Positions 47,799 to 48,277 of a stretch of 48,277 bases of DNA are shown piece after piece. The number at the start of each line of letters is the position of its first letter. Position 1 is the stretch's first letter. The notes below the pieces were generated by a model. The model made no database searches, was not told the origin of the DNA, and saw only the letters and a program-made list of their open reading frames with translations. Made by a program: the position numbers and the translations under genes. Where the stretch lies: positions 1 through 48,277 of the forward strand of contig JAZQVG010000167.1 in NCBI GenBank assembly GCA_045631625.1. Reading direction: 5' to 3'. This DNA is from Christensenellaceae bacterium (lineage in GTDB: Bacteria; Bacillota; Clostridia; Christensenellales; Borkfalkiaceae).

Positions 47799-48277
47799 AT
47801 GACGACATTAAAGAATTTAGTTGGGCAAAGATTTGGAAGGCTTGTTGTTTTAGAAAGGGCTGGTAGCACAAAACATAAAAAGGCTTTATGGCGTTGTAAA
47901 TGTGACTGTGGAAATGAAAAAATTGTATGTGGAAGTATAATGTTGAATGGTGAAACTAAAAGTTGCGGTTGTTTACATAACGAAATAATTGCCAAAATAG
48001 GTAAAGAAAAAAATATAAAACACGGTCAAAAAAACACAACACTGTATAGAATATGGAATGGAATAAAAGCCAGATGTTTTTGTAAAAATAATAAGAACTA
48101 TGAGAATTATGGTGCAAGGGGTATTACTGTTTGTGACGAGTGGAATAAAAGTTTCCAATCTTTTTATGATTGGGCATATAAAAACGGATACAAAGAAGAA
48201 CGCTTGAATACAGGAAAAAGCAAGTTAAGTATAGATAGGATTGACAATAATGGTAATTATTGTCCTGAAAATTGTCG
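47799..48277 (+). CDS. AP2/HNH-type phage DNA-binding protein, paralog 2 (partial, runs off window end)
   Basis: ATG at 47799 with AAGGAG RBS. MTTLKNLVGQRFGRLVVLERAGSTKHKKALWRCKCDCGNEKIV...SCGC...YGARGITVCDEWNKSFQSFYDWAYKNGY...IDRIDNNGNYCPENC is collinear with the 1794-2450 product. Confidence 0.65.
   Translation, partial: MTTLKNLVGQRFGRLVVLERAGSTKHKKALWRCKCDCGNEKIVCGSIMLNGETKSCGCLHNEIIAKIGKEKNIKHGQKNTTLYRIWNGIKARCFCKNNKNYENYGARGITVCDEWNKSFQSFYDWAYKNGYKEERLNTGKSKLSIDRIDNNGNYCPENC

Noticed and set aside
1-48277. Idea that the window is a circular genome. Joining end to start would close the plus-strand AP2/HNH paralog after 2 more codons (..NCRS*) and the minus-strand 1-327 ORF after 6 more codons (..RQFSGQ*)
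   Set aside because: Stop codons are frequent in AT-rich DNA, so quick closure is not evidence. The closed paralog would lack the conserved CRW..R..Q.RN C-terminus, and there is no terminal repeat. This cannot be decided from the window.
1-48277. Search for tRNA/rRNA genes, CRISPR arrays, integrase/attP, diversity-generating retroelements and group I/II introns
   Set aside because: I saw no T-loop/acceptor-type sequences, no regularly spaced direct repeats with unique spacers, no tyrosine or serine recombinase motifs and no reverse transcriptase. Absence by eye is not proof. tRNAscan, Infernal and HMM scans should confirm it.

Overview
This AT-rich window (roughly two-thirds A+T by eye) reads as a near-complete tailed dsDNA phage or prophage of a low-GC Gram-positive host. 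It uses TTGACA-17-TGnTATAAT promoters, GGAGG-type RBS and the standard genetic code. Both window edges cut genes.

Layout:
(i) 1-6.2 kb, minus strand: unusual low-complexity and membrane proteins. These are a partial R/G/D/Y-rich ORF, a BclA-C-terminal-like protein, a Gly/Cys-rich repeat protein, Q- and Q/P/M/Y-rich proteins, a membrane-anchored sigma-region-4-like HTH protein and two polytopic membrane proteins. One plus-strand AP2/HNH-like gene with its own promoter interrupts them.
(ii) 6.3-21.6 kb, minus strand: a siphovirus-type morphogenesis operon (TerL, portal, scaffold, capsid, connectors, tail tube, chaperones, tape measure, Dit, Tal, fibre plus chaperone).
(iii) 21.8-24.8 kb, minus strand: a second BppU-type fibre plus chaperone and two membrane proteins.
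(iv) 24.8-25.6 kb: a non-coding divergent control region with two promoter-terminator units on the late strand.
(v) 25.6-30.4 kb, plus strand: small early genes split by a ~580-bp AT-rich non-coding tract.
(vi) 30.6-33.5 kb, minus strand: replisome organizer, N6-adenine MTase and a Lar-like protein.
(vii) 33.6-47.5 kb, plus strand: TerS-like protein, RepA_N-like protein, XRE and Xis-like HTH proteins, a Rad50/SbcC-like ATPase, NadR, PnuC, RtcB, a C5-MTase-like protein, RecT, an MBL-fold hydrolase, an SPFH protein, SSB and a GIY-YIG nuclease.
(viii) 47.6 kb to the end: an AbrB-like gene and a second AP2/HNH paralog cut by the edge.

I saw no rRNA, tRNA, CRISPR array, integrase or recognisable endolysin.

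Most interesting observations:
- A promoter-delimited accessory cassette (34.4-41.1 kb) carries NadR+PnuC nicotinamide-riboside-to-NAD+ salvage, RtcB RNA repair and an orphan zinc-hook ATPase. It is a candidate multi-pronged counter-defence island.
- G8/G9 homopolymers sit inside both methyltransferase genes and in one RBS, which suggests phase variation.
- Tandem promoter-terminator units lie ahead of the late genes, which suggests antitermination control or a small RNA.
- The low-complexity, spore-surface-like gene cluster sits where a lysis cassette would be expected.

All functional calls come from motif recognition by eye and need HMM or structure confirmation.
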